A DNA stretch of 64,000 nucleotides from Octopus sinensis (GCF_006345805.1 NC_042998.1:106764001-106828000), one strand, 5' to 3'. Positions 16,126-29,888 are shown, counted from the stretch's first letter. Notes: generated from the sequence alone by a model not told the origin. Made by a program: numbers and translations.

Positions 16126-16871
16126 ATATTGAATGGCACACAACAAACTAGATGTGTGTATGGAAAAGCTCAACCTTTTTTTTTGTGTGCAAAAGAGAGG
16201 ATAACAACAATTGCAACTGTGTAATGTATATCCATATATATTTACCTGTATAAGTTTTTTTAAGTTCAGGGAAGAAGCTGTCAATTCAATGTCTCACCTT
16301 TGTGTGATTGCCATTTTTTTATATTTATCATCTTGATGTGATTTTTTAAAATATATATGTATCAATGTCATTCTAAAGAGTTTTTTTTATTTCTTGTAAA
16401 ATAATCAATTTTCTTTATTTGTTCATTTCTTTTACTTCATCTTTTTTTTTTTTATTTTAATTTTCTTCCTGCATTTTTCCCTGAGGAAAAGTCTTCCTTC
16501 ATTAATTAATCATGACAGAAAACAACTCTGCATTTTAACCTTCTGTGTATGCATGTGTGTGTCTGTGTGTGTGCCTGTGTATTTGTGTATTTATATAATT
16601 AATCTCTCTCTTTCTCTATCATGTATGTGGGTATAAATTACCCTTTCTATCTCTCCTTTCTCTGTCTCTCCTGCATGTGCACACATGCACATATGTATAC
16701 TCGAATGTTTATAGTTAACTCTCCCGCAGTCCGACCAAATAAAATATGACCGGTTGCAGTTCTGAACTCCAATCTTTATAACATTGTGACCAGGTATTCA
16801 ACATATCATATATATCTGTTCAAATACTGTTAATTTGTGGGTTTTCCATATTGCCTTTTCCTCTATTTACT

Positions 16872-16927
<56 letters not shown>

Positions 16928-17980
16928 GTGTATGTATACATATGTACACACAAATATCTGTATAAACTAAAAGTCCCTTAATCCCTTCCCATTCCTTTTC
17001 CAACATTGAAAATTCACTTTAGAAATGGAGATGTTTGAAAGTTAGTTTCATTAAGTGATGTAGGGATAGTTAGTTACTGGGGCCTATTGTCAAATATGTG
17101 TAACTTGTATCTTGTACAATCAGTTGGTTTAAAACAAGTACTGAGATAAAGTAAACAAAAAATAATAATAATAATAATACAAGACTGGAGATATAAGCTT
17201 TAATATCTAGCTTCAATCAGTATTAGTTCTCATTCCTACTACTACTACTACTACCACTACTGTCTGACTATTATTGCTGTTGCTAGTATTCTTATGATAT
17301 TAAATGGCAAATAATGACTTTGCAGTGTGTGAGAGAGAAAGAGAGTGAGTTTAAGAAAGAGAAAGAGGAGTGAACATCGAACAGCTCTGCCTGGTCAGCT
17401 GTATAGAGAATTGCATTGTTTTGCAAGTTTTTGTAGATATGAAGGTGTTGGCTGTGGACTATATGAAATTCAACTAACAACCAGTCATTTAAGACATACA
17501 AAGAAAATTGAATAAATTAAAAAAAAAAAAAAAGCTGTGGTGCCGACTGCTGCTTTTGAAACAAAAAAAAAAGTACAATAGTACCAAAAAAAATCTAAAT
17601 AATCATATATACCCTTAAAAATTACAAAAAAAAACAAAAAAAATTAAAATATAACGTTTTTTTATTTTTTAATACATTAATGTAATTGTATGTTTAAAGT
17701 CTTTCAAGAAATCCCAAATGTCTTTGTCAAATATGGTATGCAGGGTTGGTGACTGATAGCTCTTCCTGTCCCCTTCCCTTCCCCAATATCTTCACTACAT
17801 TTTTTGTTTTTTTTTTTCTTCATTAAAATGGAAGTGTGGCCCAAACATTGAAAACCAAAAACAGATGTAGTGAATATGATTTAAATTTAAAAAACAAGAA
17901 AAACATAAAAATTAGTACAAAAATTGACCTCAATATAAATAGTACATTATAACAAAGACAGAAAAATGCAAATATGTATT

Positions 17981-18022
<42 letters not shown>

Positions 18023-20159
18023 TCACACATACATACACTATGTATGTTTACATATATTTATGCTTGTGAGTATGTATATTTGTATACACATGTATGTGCA
18101 TATATATATGCACACACACATATACATAATCATATAAACACATACCAAAATGTATATGTAAAATAATTTTTAACTGTTGAAAACAAAAGATGTAGTAAAA
18201 TTCATTAAAAATGTTTGTTTTTTTAAAAAAAAAGCATCCAGCCCCTCCCCACTAAAACATTGTGAATTGCTATTTGTAATTTCATTTGAAAAAGTGCAAA
18301 ATTCTTATAACTATGTACTTTTAGACATGTTATATTGTTGGAAGGCTGAGCAGGCCAGTGATAAAACTGCAAGTCTTTTGTGTGTCTCTTATATGTGTAA
18401 CGTTGGCATTTGGAAATGAAATTTAATAAATGAAATTAATTCCTCCACCTCCGCCACTACTAATCACTCAATTTTTACCTTATTCTTATTGAAATTCTTA
18501 AATTCATCTTTGAAACAAAAAGAAAGCAAGTTGGAAAATTGTTTCGAAAGAAAATGACATTCAATAAGATAATACTTTTATTCTTTCATTTAAAATACGA
18601 ACATCCCTCTCCCCTTTATTTGGCATGAAGGAAAAAAAAGAAAATCTTAAATATTTTAACTTGTGGATATCACGATACTCATTGGGGCAGCCATTTCATC
18701 CAAAATCTTTTTGCTATAATGTAAAATGTCTGATATAGAGGGCATTGAAGAAAGCTCCCGCCCCCATCAACTCTTCCCTCTTTTTAGTTTTTTCTATATT
18801 CCAGCCAAAAAAATAAATAAAAAATAATATTAAAGAGACTGTATGATATTGTCTGTAATATCAGTGATGGCCTTATTTACCTGCTTGCTTGTTTATGCAG
18901 TATTACCAAAATAATGATAATGATGATAATAATGATAGTGAAGTGAAACAAGTAATAAGAAGAATAAGAATAATAATAATGATGATTGTCATATTCATGA
19001 CTATTCCCCACCCTTTTTTTTTTCCTGTTTACACACTAGATATTTGCAGCCCTTATTTATAATTTTTCCCTTTGTTTCTATCATAATTATGAAGAATTCA
19101 AATAATGCAAAATCAGAATAAAACCAAAATTCCATCAAAAATCTCATGGTAAATTAATTTTCATAACAATACTTTTTTTTATGTTTTTGTTTTTGGAGAA
19201 GTCTGAGAAATAAATTTTTAAAAAATCTTAAAAAAAGAAAAGAAAGAAAGAAAATCTGTGATTCCACCCTTCCTCCTCACTACATTTCTTTCTGAAATTA
19301 GACACTCCCTTTTCCCTCCCATCCCGTTATTACATATTTCGAATTGAAAGTAAAAAAAATATATATATATATAAATAAAAAAAATAAGACTTTTCTCCAC
19401 TGTCTGCTTTTGATCAATTTTGGCCTTTCCACCTTCAAAATCCTACACACAGACACACACTCACACACACACACAATCAGTGTTGGTGTTAAGAACTGAG
19501 AACCACTCCTAACTCATTCCTTCTTCACACCTCTCTTCTCTTTCTGTTCTTCAGTGGTAGCCATCTGCTGTTATTACAGACAGTACTAAACTGGCCATTA
19601 TTGTATTTATATTTTCTTTCTTTTTTTTTTGGCTACAGGTGTGTACTCTGTGTTTGCATAAATGTCTTAGTATACAGAGGCAATATACATTAAAATTGCT
19701 TGCTTATGGCAGCACTGTCATTATACATTTTTTTAAAACAGTTTTACTTTTACTTCAAAACAAATATTGGGGAAAAAAAAAAGGATAAATGTAAAAACTA
19801 CCAAAAACTGCAGAAAAAAAATCACCAAAAAAGACTGTTTGTCAAAGCACAGTACATCCATTTTAGGGTAGATTGGGCAGCTTCCTCTTCTCTCCCCCAC
19901 CCCATTTTAATTATTATTATCATTATTATTATTATCTTTATTATTCATGGTTTGGGAAATATATCAAGAGTTTCTTTCTTGAAACAAGAATTAGGCACAC
20001 CTTGGAGAACATGCATAAAAATTATTATTATTATTGTCATTACTATTATTGTAATTATTATTTTTACTACATTTTTGTTCTTTTTCTTTTTATTGGTTCA
20101 TTGAATAGAGAAATGCTGAAATTGTATATTGTGCTGTAGTGTGCTTCAGACTAAAAGAA

Positions 20160-20165
20160 AATAAA
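20160..20165 (+). promoter_or_regulatory. Candidate polyadenylation signal
   Basis: AATAAA followed by tgtttgtttttcattg...tgtttttgtgtg, a T/GT-rich downstream element. Confidence 0.35.
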
Positions 20166-20403
20166 GGCTTTTTATCTCCCTAAAATTGTTTGTTTTTCAT
20201 TGCTTAAATGTTTTTGTGTGCAAATGTTTTTTTTTTTCTCCTTCAGTTATAAACTCCTAATTGTTAATGCAGTATTAGTGGAAAGAAAGATATATTACTT
20301 TATTTGACTAGCTATATTACCACTTGATTATCCATGTCATCAACATATGGTTTGGATGTGTCTGCTATACAGTATACCCCCATTCATCTTGATCTGTTAT
20401 TTA

Positions 20404-20620
20404 TGAGGGGGTGCTGAAAAGCTGCTGGCTTTAAGGGTATCACAATATGCCTGGTTGGAGGCCCAACCATCTGAGTTCTTTTACAGGGCTTAGAAAAACT
20501 GAAGAACTGCTGCAATAAGTGTTTGTATATGAGAGGGGAATATGTTGAATAAAACCATAATTCACTGTTCCTCCTGTATTTTCTCTTACCCAAAGCCAGG
20601 AACTTTTCAGCACCCTCTTG
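20404..20620. mobile_element. Mariner-derived MITE
   Basis: TA then tgagggggtgctgaaaagctgctggcttt, and aaagccaggaacttttcagcaccctcttg at the other end: imperfect ~29-bp terminal inverted repeats. Confidence 0.75.
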
Positions 20621-23088
20621 TCCTTGCTATACATGGGACTTCAGTATCCAATTACATCATATCCCAACCTGTGCATTTGCTATTTTTTCATATAACAGTT
20701 AATGTTGAAGCTCTCTCTTAGCTCATTTCAAATTTAATAGGAGACTTGTGCAAGTGCGATCAATAAAAACCTGTACCTATCAGACACCATTCCATGTCAG
20801 GATCATCACCACCATTCAAATTGTGGAGTCATACAGATCTGATTTGCCACATAGGCAGCAGGTTCTAAACTCACATCTGTACATCACTTCTACCAAGTTT
20901 CATCATTCCTTTTTAGTCATATCCAACAGCTGGCTCCCTCAACCATTGGCTGGATTCTTTCAAGATGATGGTTGATGCTGATTGATAGCAGTTACCATCT
21001 CAGTCTGGTTAAAATAATTACCATTTTGTATCTGTTAGTATTTCTTCTTGGTTTACCTATTTGGGGATTATTTTATAGATTATATACTGTTATCTTTTAC
21101 ATTACACTTTTGCTTTTAAGTACTGTCATCATTGTCCTCACCATTCAGCACCCACTTTAGTATACTTTGATGGGCCATATGGAATTTGCAGAGGCAGGTT
21201 TTCTTTGGCTAGATGCCCTTATTATTACCATTTCTCCCTTATTTCCAGGTAAGGTAACATTTCCCCAAGATTAGATATGGAAGAGTGATAACAAATGACA
21301 TCATTTAAATGACACTGACACTAATTTACAACTGTTATACAATGTCATAGAGGAAGTACAAACACACACTGCCTTATTGTATAAGCATATTTCCTTTTTA
21401 TGTATTCATATCCAATATCATTTGATTTTGTTTGATGTTTTAGCTCACATTTGAGTTTTATTGTGTTTTAGATTTTACACAATGCTAAAATAATATATAT
21501 TGCCAAATTCAATATGTGCATAAATGTATTGGAGATAAATAAAATATGCTTTTTTAACAAGTCCCACACACACATACTATCATAGACATTTACTACAATA
21601 TCTAATATTGAATTGTTTCACAGAAAGCCAGATGGATATGAGCAGAATGTTTAACCTAGGAGAGACACAAGGATAACTCTCTTTGCTGCAGGCTCTAGGA
21701 ACAAATGTAAGGACTAGTATTTAATAATAATAAAAATAAACTTTCTATGTATTGATTTTTTTTAAAGACCTCTTTATTTTATTTCCCTTTCAACATCCTG
21801 TCTTGATGCAGTTTTTATCATTGTCACAAACAGTTTGACCCCTTCAAGTAGTGACCAAGTGGGTATCCATTAACCCTTTTGATACAACTGGCTCGAGGAC
21901 TAATGCTTTGTTTTCAAAAGTTCTGAATTAAATTGTAACTAAAGTTTGGTGAAAAATTCTATGTTCTTAACACTAACTTAATGGTAACTAAGTTATTTTA
22001 CTAAATTCTTTGTTATATTTTAAATAAATTGAAAGAAAGAGAGAGCATCTCAACAGAAATATGATAACAAAAGGGATGATCACAAATTCAAATCTAGTAA
22101 AGAAAATTTTACATGCGTTAGTTCACATAGTTGTTGAAAACAGGTAGGTATCAGAACTTCTGAGAGAAACGATCTATAAAATACTGGAATCGTTTTTAAA
22201 GAGTAAATTTATCTCATCTGCTTGACGCAGCAGAACCTAGAATTAAACACATCAGCAGATGTTACCCTTGGTGTCATAAGAATTAATTTTGACAAAACTA
22301 ATAATAGTGTTTAAGTAAATATGAGATACACATGCAAATAGCATTCGAAAGTTTACTAATGTAATTCTTAATAACATTTAGGTACATTTTCTTTTTACAA
22401 AATGCTTCTTACTCAACAGGTATTGTTCATATCACAATTGTCTTTGCAACACGCCCTGTATCATACTTTTAATACTTAGTTGCTCATTTGTGTATCACAT
22501 GCTATTTAAGTTAACTCTTGAGATAGTTTTAAAAAGGTTAACTTTTCAATACTGCTGTACCTAAGATTGTCCAGACTAAAATCTTTGTGTTTAAATCAAA
22601 ATTGTATTCTGACAACTGATTATCATATTTCAAATATCAATACATAAAGTTACAAATATCTTACTAAACCCCCTCCAAAATCTTGACTATATTAAAAAAG
22701 TAATTGAAACTTGATATATTCATCAGAAATATAGCCACTAATGGACAAACATTTACTGGATCATATTGAAATCACTCTGCAGATTTTCCAAACTCAACTC
22801 CTGTGTCACTGCTATTCAGTATCATATTTATTACACAAGCCTCTATGTAGCTGTTTGAATTGTTAGAAATAACTGTCGAATCTGTTTCAAAACATTCTAC
22901 TATCTAAGAAAAGAAAGAAAACATTGGATAATGGATTTCCTGATGTATAAAAAAAAACTCAGGATGGCCATAATTGCTTTTCTATGGCTGACCTGAGTTT
23001 GAACAACATTTGTATATACTTATCAGACAAATTCCCTGGATGGGTATTCCATATTTAACAAATTAGAAAAGTTGCTTGTATTTTGTAG

Positions 23089-23219
23089 AAGAGGCTGAAA
23101 CATCTACAGAGCTGCCTCATCATCTAATGATGCATCAACTTCAGGATTCAGAGACAGAATACAGCACCACTCTTGGCACACAAGTTGTTTGCCCTAAACG
23201 ATACAGATTAAGGAAATAG
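23089..23219 (+). CDS. Candidate terminal coding exon, EEAETSTELPHHLMMHQLQDSETEYSTTLGTQVVCPKRYRLRK*
   Basis: Acceptor ttgcttgtattttgtag then an open frame to TAG. No homology recognised; could be chance. Confidence 0.2.
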
Positions 23220-23590
23220 TAAAAAGTAGATGTAGTCAAAATATATATTACATATTTGTCTGAAGGGAAAAGAACAGAAGCTATTGTAATATCAAACAAT
23301 AAGGCAGCTGTCATAAAGCCAGCTGGAGACAATGTCTCCTGGGGCTAAATTACAGCAACATTCATCCTAAACCAGGACCGCCATGTTATGTTGGCAAACA
23401 ATCTTTACTACAAAGTACTGTTGCTGAATATCTCTTGTTGTGAGATTTAAAAATAGTACTTTTCTAATTTATAGATCAGTGACTAGTTGTCATTTTGAAA
23501 TCTATATTTTTCGAATGGGAATTTGGCAGTGCCACCACTAGCCAAACATTTTTGTTGTTTTTTGAAGAATTCTAAGCAGAAGTTTTTTTT

Positions 23591-24646
23591 GTGCAAAGCC
23601 ACCATCGTTGGGTGGTAGTGAATAATTGGAAAATGCAAAGTTATGCGGAGGCTACTGGAGGTCAAGTTCCCCTAGACCCACGTATGCTGAAGCCAGAGAT
23701 GATAAAATGGAATGAGGAGTTGCTAACCAAATATTATGGTATGCTAAAGAAAGAAGTGTCAAATATAAAAATGACCCTGCCAGAGGAGGAAAAAAGAAAA
23801 ATGGAAAACAAGACGGTCATATTCAGAACATTCTCGAATGTAAATAGGAGAATAGAACATGCGCTGCAAGAAGAGATAGAAGAAATCATGGCGGAACACA
23901 TAGGAGAAAGGATAACGTTCTTTACAAGAGGAAAGAAATATGCGTCGATAGTAGTAACCTTTGTATCAGAAGAGGAGACAAAAAAACCGACAACAGGCTG
24001 ATACACGGAGAAAAATGGATGCTGATGCCAAACTGTTTAGGCAAAAGAATCATTAGGTTTAGGGTGGGAAGAATCCCACTGTCGATAGATCCAGAATGGG
24101 TAATAGCTGCAACTTTTAATTCAGAGCTGAGGAAGGAAAGCGAAGACCTGAGGATTGGAATGATAAGCTGAACACAACAAGTGAAGTGGGGCTACAGACT
24201 AGAGATAATCTGTGTGGTGAGCCTGAAATATTACGAAGAAATGGCAGAAACTTTGGAATTACCAAATGGAGAAAAGCTGGAAATAATGTTGGAGGGGAGA
24301 CCCCCAAAGTGTTACGGATGTGGTGAAAGAGGGCACTTGAGAAAGAAATGCCCTAGAGCAGCAGTGGAAATGGTAGAGGAGAGTGTTCAGGAAGATATAA
24401 TGGTAGAAAAAAGCAGAAACAGAATATGACAGGAATTTTGCAGAGGTGAAACCCAGAAAAAGAAAGGGAAGGAAGTCACCGATAACAGTGGAATTGAAGA
24501 AATGCAAAGCAATGGAAGAGGAAATCCAACCCATGACGAGAAATGGAGGAGATTTACCAGTAGAATTACCAGTATTTATTGTAATTGCTCCCTGGAATGT
24601 CTCAATGCTCATAATGTTTTTAGTATGGGGAGACAACAGGGATTAA
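23591..24646 (+). mobile_element. Degenerate gag/ORF1-like retroelement protein with CCHC zinc knuckle
   Basis: ORFs 23591-24001 and 24181-24429; LEGRPPKCYGCGERGHLRKKC (CX2CX4HX4C at 24310-24351). No RT follows. Confidence 0.75.
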
Positions 24647-25199
24647 TGGTATTTTAGGTGGAACTGCACAAAGAAAAAGGAAAGAAGAATGATGAGATCA
24701 GGCTCTCTAGACCAGAAAGTTATATGGATCTAGTATCTCATCCTGTAAGCCATATCAACTCTGTTATTAATGTGAGCAACCCAACTGAGTTTGTCATTAA
24801 CAATTAGGTCTCTGATACTGTTAAGTACTGCATGCGATTCTCCTCAGAACATGGTTATTTGAGCACAATTTTTTTTACTAAAGTGCATGAGTTCAAAATT
24901 TCCCTCATACAGTAACATTATTTTTTTCTGCCCATTCACTTACAGTGTGTAGCTGAGACTAGAGTTTTATTTGGTCATCTCTGTTAATAACATTCTGAAG
25001 CATAGAGTTATCCGCAAATATTTTTGTTCTACTTTGAAGACATTTGTTAGGTAATTTATGTCTCCTATGAAGAGTAATGGATTCAACACAGAGACCTTTG
25101 GCGACACCACTGATGAATTTTGTTGGGTTTTACTGGATACTATCAATTAAAGCATAGTGGATCATCCACCTATCCATCCATTCTTTTTTTGCTTTTATT

Positions 25200-25350
25200 T
25201 TTTTTACTTGTTTAAGTCATTTGACTGCAGCCATGCTGGAGCACCACCTTTAGTTGAACAAATAGTCCCAGGACTTATTCTTTGTAAGCTTAGTACTTAT
25301 TCTATCAGTCTCTTTTGCTGAACTAGTAAGTTACGGGGACATAAACACAC
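25200..25350 (-). mobile_element. SINE 3' fragment
   Basis: tttacttgtttaagtcatttgactgcagccatgctggagcacc...agtacttattctatcagtctcttttgctgaac, similar to the reverse complement of 41865-42030. Confidence 0.5.
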
Positions 25351-25479
25351 TAATATCGGTTATCAAGCGATGGTGTGGGGTACAAATACAAATACACAGT
25401 CCTAGATTATTGTAATTGTAGTATATCATTACTATACATCTAATAAGATAACCTACCAACTTTAGTTGTTCCAAATTGA

Positions 25480-26140
25480 AGGAGATGGCTATAACAACAC
25501 TTTGAACACACCTTACTAAACGCTCCTTATCAGAACTGACTAGTTTGCAGAATGCTGTCAGGACATGATGACAATTTAAAAACTTGCTCTGCAATAAAGT
25601 TTTGTGCTAAACTGGGAAAAAACACTACAGAAACTCATGAAAAGTTTCAGGCTGCTTATGGAGTAACTTGTATGAGCCAAGCATCTGTTTTTCACTAGCA
25701 CAAGAGGTTAAGCAAAGCAAGTCCACCAGGGAGTTCATGAGGATCCCTTTTTTGATAGTAAAGACATCATCTACACCCACTGGGTTCCCACTGACCTGAT
25801 GGACAACAAAGAGTACTCTGTGGTGGTTTTGAGAGAATTCAAGAAGAGATTTCATCACAAAAGGCCAGAGCACTTTCTCCAGGATAATGCACCAGTCCAT
25901 AATTCCATCCTGGTGACAAGCTACTTGAGAGAGATAGGCACCAAAACTGTTACCTTTTCTACAGTTCCCAAGCTGAAGGACAACTTCAGAGCAGTCATTT
26001 TGAAGACATTAAAAAGATGAAGGAAGCTGTGACAAGGGTTCAGAACATCTTCACTTTGGAGGACTTCTATGGTATGTTCACAAAGCGGATGAAGCACTAC
26101 AAGTGTGTAGCAAGTACATGTTCACAGTTTGCCTGTTTAC
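25480..26140 (+). mobile_element. Decayed mariner transposase relic
   Basis: FLQDNAPVHNSILVTSYLREIGTKT resembles the mariner HxDNAPxH motif; upstream piece resembles the IKFCxKLGK N-terminus. Confidence 0.65.
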
Positions 26141-26149
26141 CTTTAAATA

Positions 26150-26520
26150 CGTGCATATCAGCTTGTACATTGTGTTTTCTAAAAGTGGTCAAACGACCTG
26201 GTCATGTGATGTTCGAGCCCTAGCTTTACACAGGCTATCCATCCTATCATCCAACAGACAGCCAAACACAAGAAATTTACGCCTACCCTCAACTATTTCC
26301 TCAGTGAGGTGAGTTGCACAGTGGAGCTCAGATCTCAGTGAAGAGAAAGTTCTTGTCCTCAGTTAGCCTTTTGACGCATATGTCTGTTCTAGTCCTCCAG
26401 CAGAAGTTATGGTTCGTATTTGGTTTCCTGTTTTACACTGCAAACATCATGTACTAACTGAAGCCACTGTACATTTTCTGACAGTAGATTTCAAGGTGTA
26501 TTTCAACAGCTTTGCCATCT
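26150..26520 (-). mobile_element. Possible LINE (L1/Tx1-like) 3' relic
   Basis: Interrupted minus-strand reading with weak resemblance to LINE ORF2 C-termini. Low certainty. Confidence 0.3.
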
Positions 26521-26789
26521 TAATATTCTTTTGAATAAATTGTTGCATTTTATCCTCCTGGTTTTTCTGTTTCTCCCTTTATCTATATGCACGCTCATAT
26601 TGGAAACCAAACCAACTTGATCCATCAACCCTACTTCACACCATTAAAAGTACATTGAAGTCAAAGGATCCTCTTTTGGAGAAGATTAGAGTTTTGCACT
26701 TCGTTGAAATGAATAAATGTCTCTCCTAAAAAAGTTGAAAAACTTTTGGAATGGACCTTGCAGATGTTCATATATTTATGTATGTATGT

Positions 26790-27360
26790 ATGTCATTGTT
26801 TAGTTTTATTTCAAGATTTCTTGCCAATAGAGAAAGAGCCGGTTTCTAACCTAGATCCAAGGCTCCTTCATTGGAATTTAAACAGCAACAACAGAGTATT
26901 TTTGTATGTGTGTATATGTGTAGATTTGTATGTTTTGCTTTATGTATATATTCTCATGCATATAGCTGCATATCTACACATGCTCATATATATTTAAATG
27001 ATAAACTTCTGGAAAGTTTTACAGTTCCAGTGATGGATTGGATCACTGGAAGTCTTTGAATTAGCTTTCTCTTTTCTGGTTTTGAGAAACCTAATTTCTC
27101 AAGATTGGTATTTAGGCAGTGTGCTACATATCCCAGGGCCCCAATAATTACAGGTATAAAGCTGAACTTATAATCTGGATAGAGAAACTGCAGATTTCTC
27201 AATAGTTTAGCGTAAATATTCTCTTTTTCACTGATCTTCAGCTTTATGTTAACATCTGCTGGGCAGCTGATTTGCACAGCTATCTTCTCTATCCCAAATC
27301 ACTATATCAGGTCTGTTGTGTTCACATTTTATTGAGGTCTTCACTGGGACATTCTAGCAG
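26790..27360 (-). mobile_element. 3' end of a restriction-like-endonuclease (RLE) LINE
   Basis: Minus-strand RPDIVIWD...QISCPADVNIKLKISEKENIY...IPVIIGALG (PD-(D/E)xK RLE motifs), then a 3' UTR shared with 63305-63650. Confidence 0.75.
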
Positions 27361-27599
27361 TACTCCTTTTTATTATGAGTGGCTGTGGTTTCTACTATAC
27401 TGTGGGTTCTTATTTCTTTGTTTGTATGTATGTTATCAATTATAATATCCTATCATTAATTCCTTTCTACAATAGTAAATAATTGATAGCCTATTTTGTA
27501 TTGAGTACAGTGGTGGCTCGTAGATAAAATTAGTAGGAGTGCTGCTTCAGAAAATTTGTAGCTATTGATTTAATATTGTGTAAAAGGAAACAAACGCAA

Positions 27600-28010
27600 A
27601 AAGAATATTTATATATAAACTGGATTATTTCGCGTCTTAGCCACTGCTGGGTAGCGTGTTTAATTTGTTCACTGAACATTGCCATGAATTCCACCTTGTT
27701 TTTCAAAAATTCCCTCTAAATCACAAAATAAGGTGGGTGGATCTGTCCTATTTTTCAAATTCTGGCAGCAACACTGAAGCTGGAGGCAAGATAATAATCT
27801 AATTCTACACTTTATCACATTCATGAATATAAACGCGCATTTAAGCACAACACACGTGGAGTCAAAAAGCAACACTAGCTCTCACCGGCACTGCGTGAAT
27901 GACAGTGTTCTCTCTCCCTAGTGTGAAGCTTCCTATCTCGGACATGTGAGCATGCGCACTACAGCCAAACACCGCGTCGCTGGAACTGTGACGCGCACAA
28001 TTCTATACAA
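27600..28010. promoter_or_regulatory. CpG-rich promoter-like patch
   Basis: Sudden CpG cluster; E-box cacgtg; NRF1-like gcatgcgca; minus-strand donor ccg|gtgaga and acceptor ttatcttgcctccag about 107 nt apart. Inference. Confidence 0.35.
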
Positions 28011-28242
28011 GGATTTTTGTATTTTTTCATAAACTAGGGGTTTGCTACTGGCATTAAGCTTAAGGATTATATAATGTACAAGTATAAAGAAAGAATTAAA
28101 GAAAAAAGGACTCGTTATATTGAATGTTATTGATAATATGGAGTGAAAATAGGCACAACGGATGAGATGGTGAGCAGAAAAGTTTGAATAAAGGCTTTCT
28201 TTGAAATGGTATATGACAAATTTTATTCAAACTTCATTCTAA

Positions 28243-28915
28243 ATGAATGCCAAAGTGTTCGAGAGGACCCTACCAGACGACCCAAGAGAGGAAGATTATA
28301 TTTACTGGAAACGGATGCTACACATCTACATAGCAAAAGCAAACGTTCCAGGTGGATCTAAACTGAAGGTACTCTTAGTCCTCTGCAGAGCCAGGACCTA
28401 CCCTATCGTCGAAGAATCCGAAACCTTTGAGGTAGCAATAGAACACCTGGAGTCAAAGTTCATAAAGAAAGGTTCAAACATAATGATGCGCCATAAGCTA
28501 CGAACTCGAAAACAAAAGGAAAACGAATCTATAAGAGAATTTATGTCAAGCCTTCAGGTGCAGGCCAAGAAGTGTGAAATCCAAACGCTAACGGCAGACC
28601 GTTACCAAGAAATTCTAATTGAGGATGCCTTTGTGGCTGGGCTTCAATCACCATCAATCAAACAAAGACTTCTCAAGTCATCAGACAACAGCTTAGAAAC
28701 ACTCTATAAGCTTGCTCAAACCATGGAGGTGGCCATTGAAGACACTTGCAACCTATCGCAAGGCTCAGCTGGTATCGATCAACCACCCCATCTTGCAGCC
28801 GCTAAATCAGCATGTTTTTGGTGCGGTGGAGACATCCATTAAAAAAAATCAATGCCTGGCGAAAAACTTCACTTGCAAAAGGTGCCAAAAGAAAGGCCAT
28901 TGAGAGAAAGCCTGC
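28243..28915 (+). pseudogene. Ty3/Gypsy gag relic with two zinc knuckles
   Basis: 199-aa ORF with RHKLRTRKQKENESIREF and IEDAFVAGLQSPSIKQRLL gag motifs; CFWCGGDIH, frameshift, then CKRCQKKGH*EKAC. No pol follows. Confidence 0.8.
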
Positions 28916-29749
28916 CTCTCAAAAAAGACATCGAGAAACAAACGAAACTTCCCTAAAACAGCAGCTATCACAGAGCCCGAGAGCGACTCCGAGGAAAACA
29001 GCCTATAGGATATTTTTCGTTTTCTTCCAATGACTCGTATTTTTTTTAATTTTAATCTGAAAATTTTCCAAAAATGTACTTTTAGTGTGGTTTTACTTGC
29101 TGAAGACGAAAATTGCGTCCATTTTTTCCCCGAAAAATTAATAATAAAGAAGTTAAAAGCATTTAAAGATATGTATTTCTAGCCAGTGTCCTCACGGAAG
29201 TCGAAACTGTTTGTTGTCATGGAAACTCCAGTGTACCGTTGTTATACTCGTATGGCTGAATTAACAACTACTGGTGTCTTGTAAGGTGGAATTAGGAATT
29301 AGTGCCGCTACCGCAATAGACTATTAAAAATTATTTACGGGAGATCTGCGCGGAAGATTTGCTCTGTAATCCAATGAAGATTGGTAGTCTTTTAACCGTA
29401 ACTTTAAATGTTTCACACTACTTCCTTACTTTTTCGAAAACATTAATGCGGTTGTCACCATCAGCTTGCAAAACTAAATCAAATGTGGAAAATATGAAAA
29501 CAATCTACAAGAAATTGAAAGATCTTCAAGTGGTTGAAAGAAAACGAAAATGGAGCAAACTTCTAAGCATTGAAATGTCAAATGGCTGTATGTTAACTGA
29601 CCAAAGGAAAATTAAAAAAAAAAAGATTCATTTAGAACTTTCCAGATTCAAAGCATATTGTTTATATTAAATATCTATATATGTGCTATAGAATAAAAAA
29701 ATTTTTGTTTATCAAAATGATCGTAACATGAATTTGGATTTCTTTCCTC

Positions 29750-29775
29750 TCATCATCATCATCATCATCATCATT

Positions 29776-29831
<56 letters not shown>

Positions 29832-29888
29832 GTTGTTGTTGTTGTTGTTGTCGTCGTCGTCGTCGTCGTCGTTGTTGTTGTTGTTGTC
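29750..29888. repeat. Compound trinucleotide microsatellite (CAT)n(GTT)n(GTC)n
   Basis: Seen directly. Confidence 0.95.

Larger units (their letters stand above)
8000..20190 (+). other. Possible very long 3' UTR or terminal intron of a plus-strand host gene
   Basis: No long ORF, few transposons, U-rich and A-rich tracts, CpG depletion, ends at AATAAA followed by a T/GT-rich tract. Inference; start is approximate. Confidence 0.3.

Noticed and set aside
15805-16284. Many overlapping ORFs rich in Y/I/H/T/C/V, also at 10.4, 17.9, 32.3, 36.8, 38.0, 40-41.9 and 54.4 kb
   Set aside because: They are translations of (AT)n, (AC)n and (ATAC)n microsatellites, which lack stops in several frames.
19639-19690. 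Possible pre-miRNA hairpin (tgtgtactctgtgt...atacagaggcaatataca)
   Set aside because: The stem is short with a 4-nt bulge and matches no conserved miRNA that I recall.
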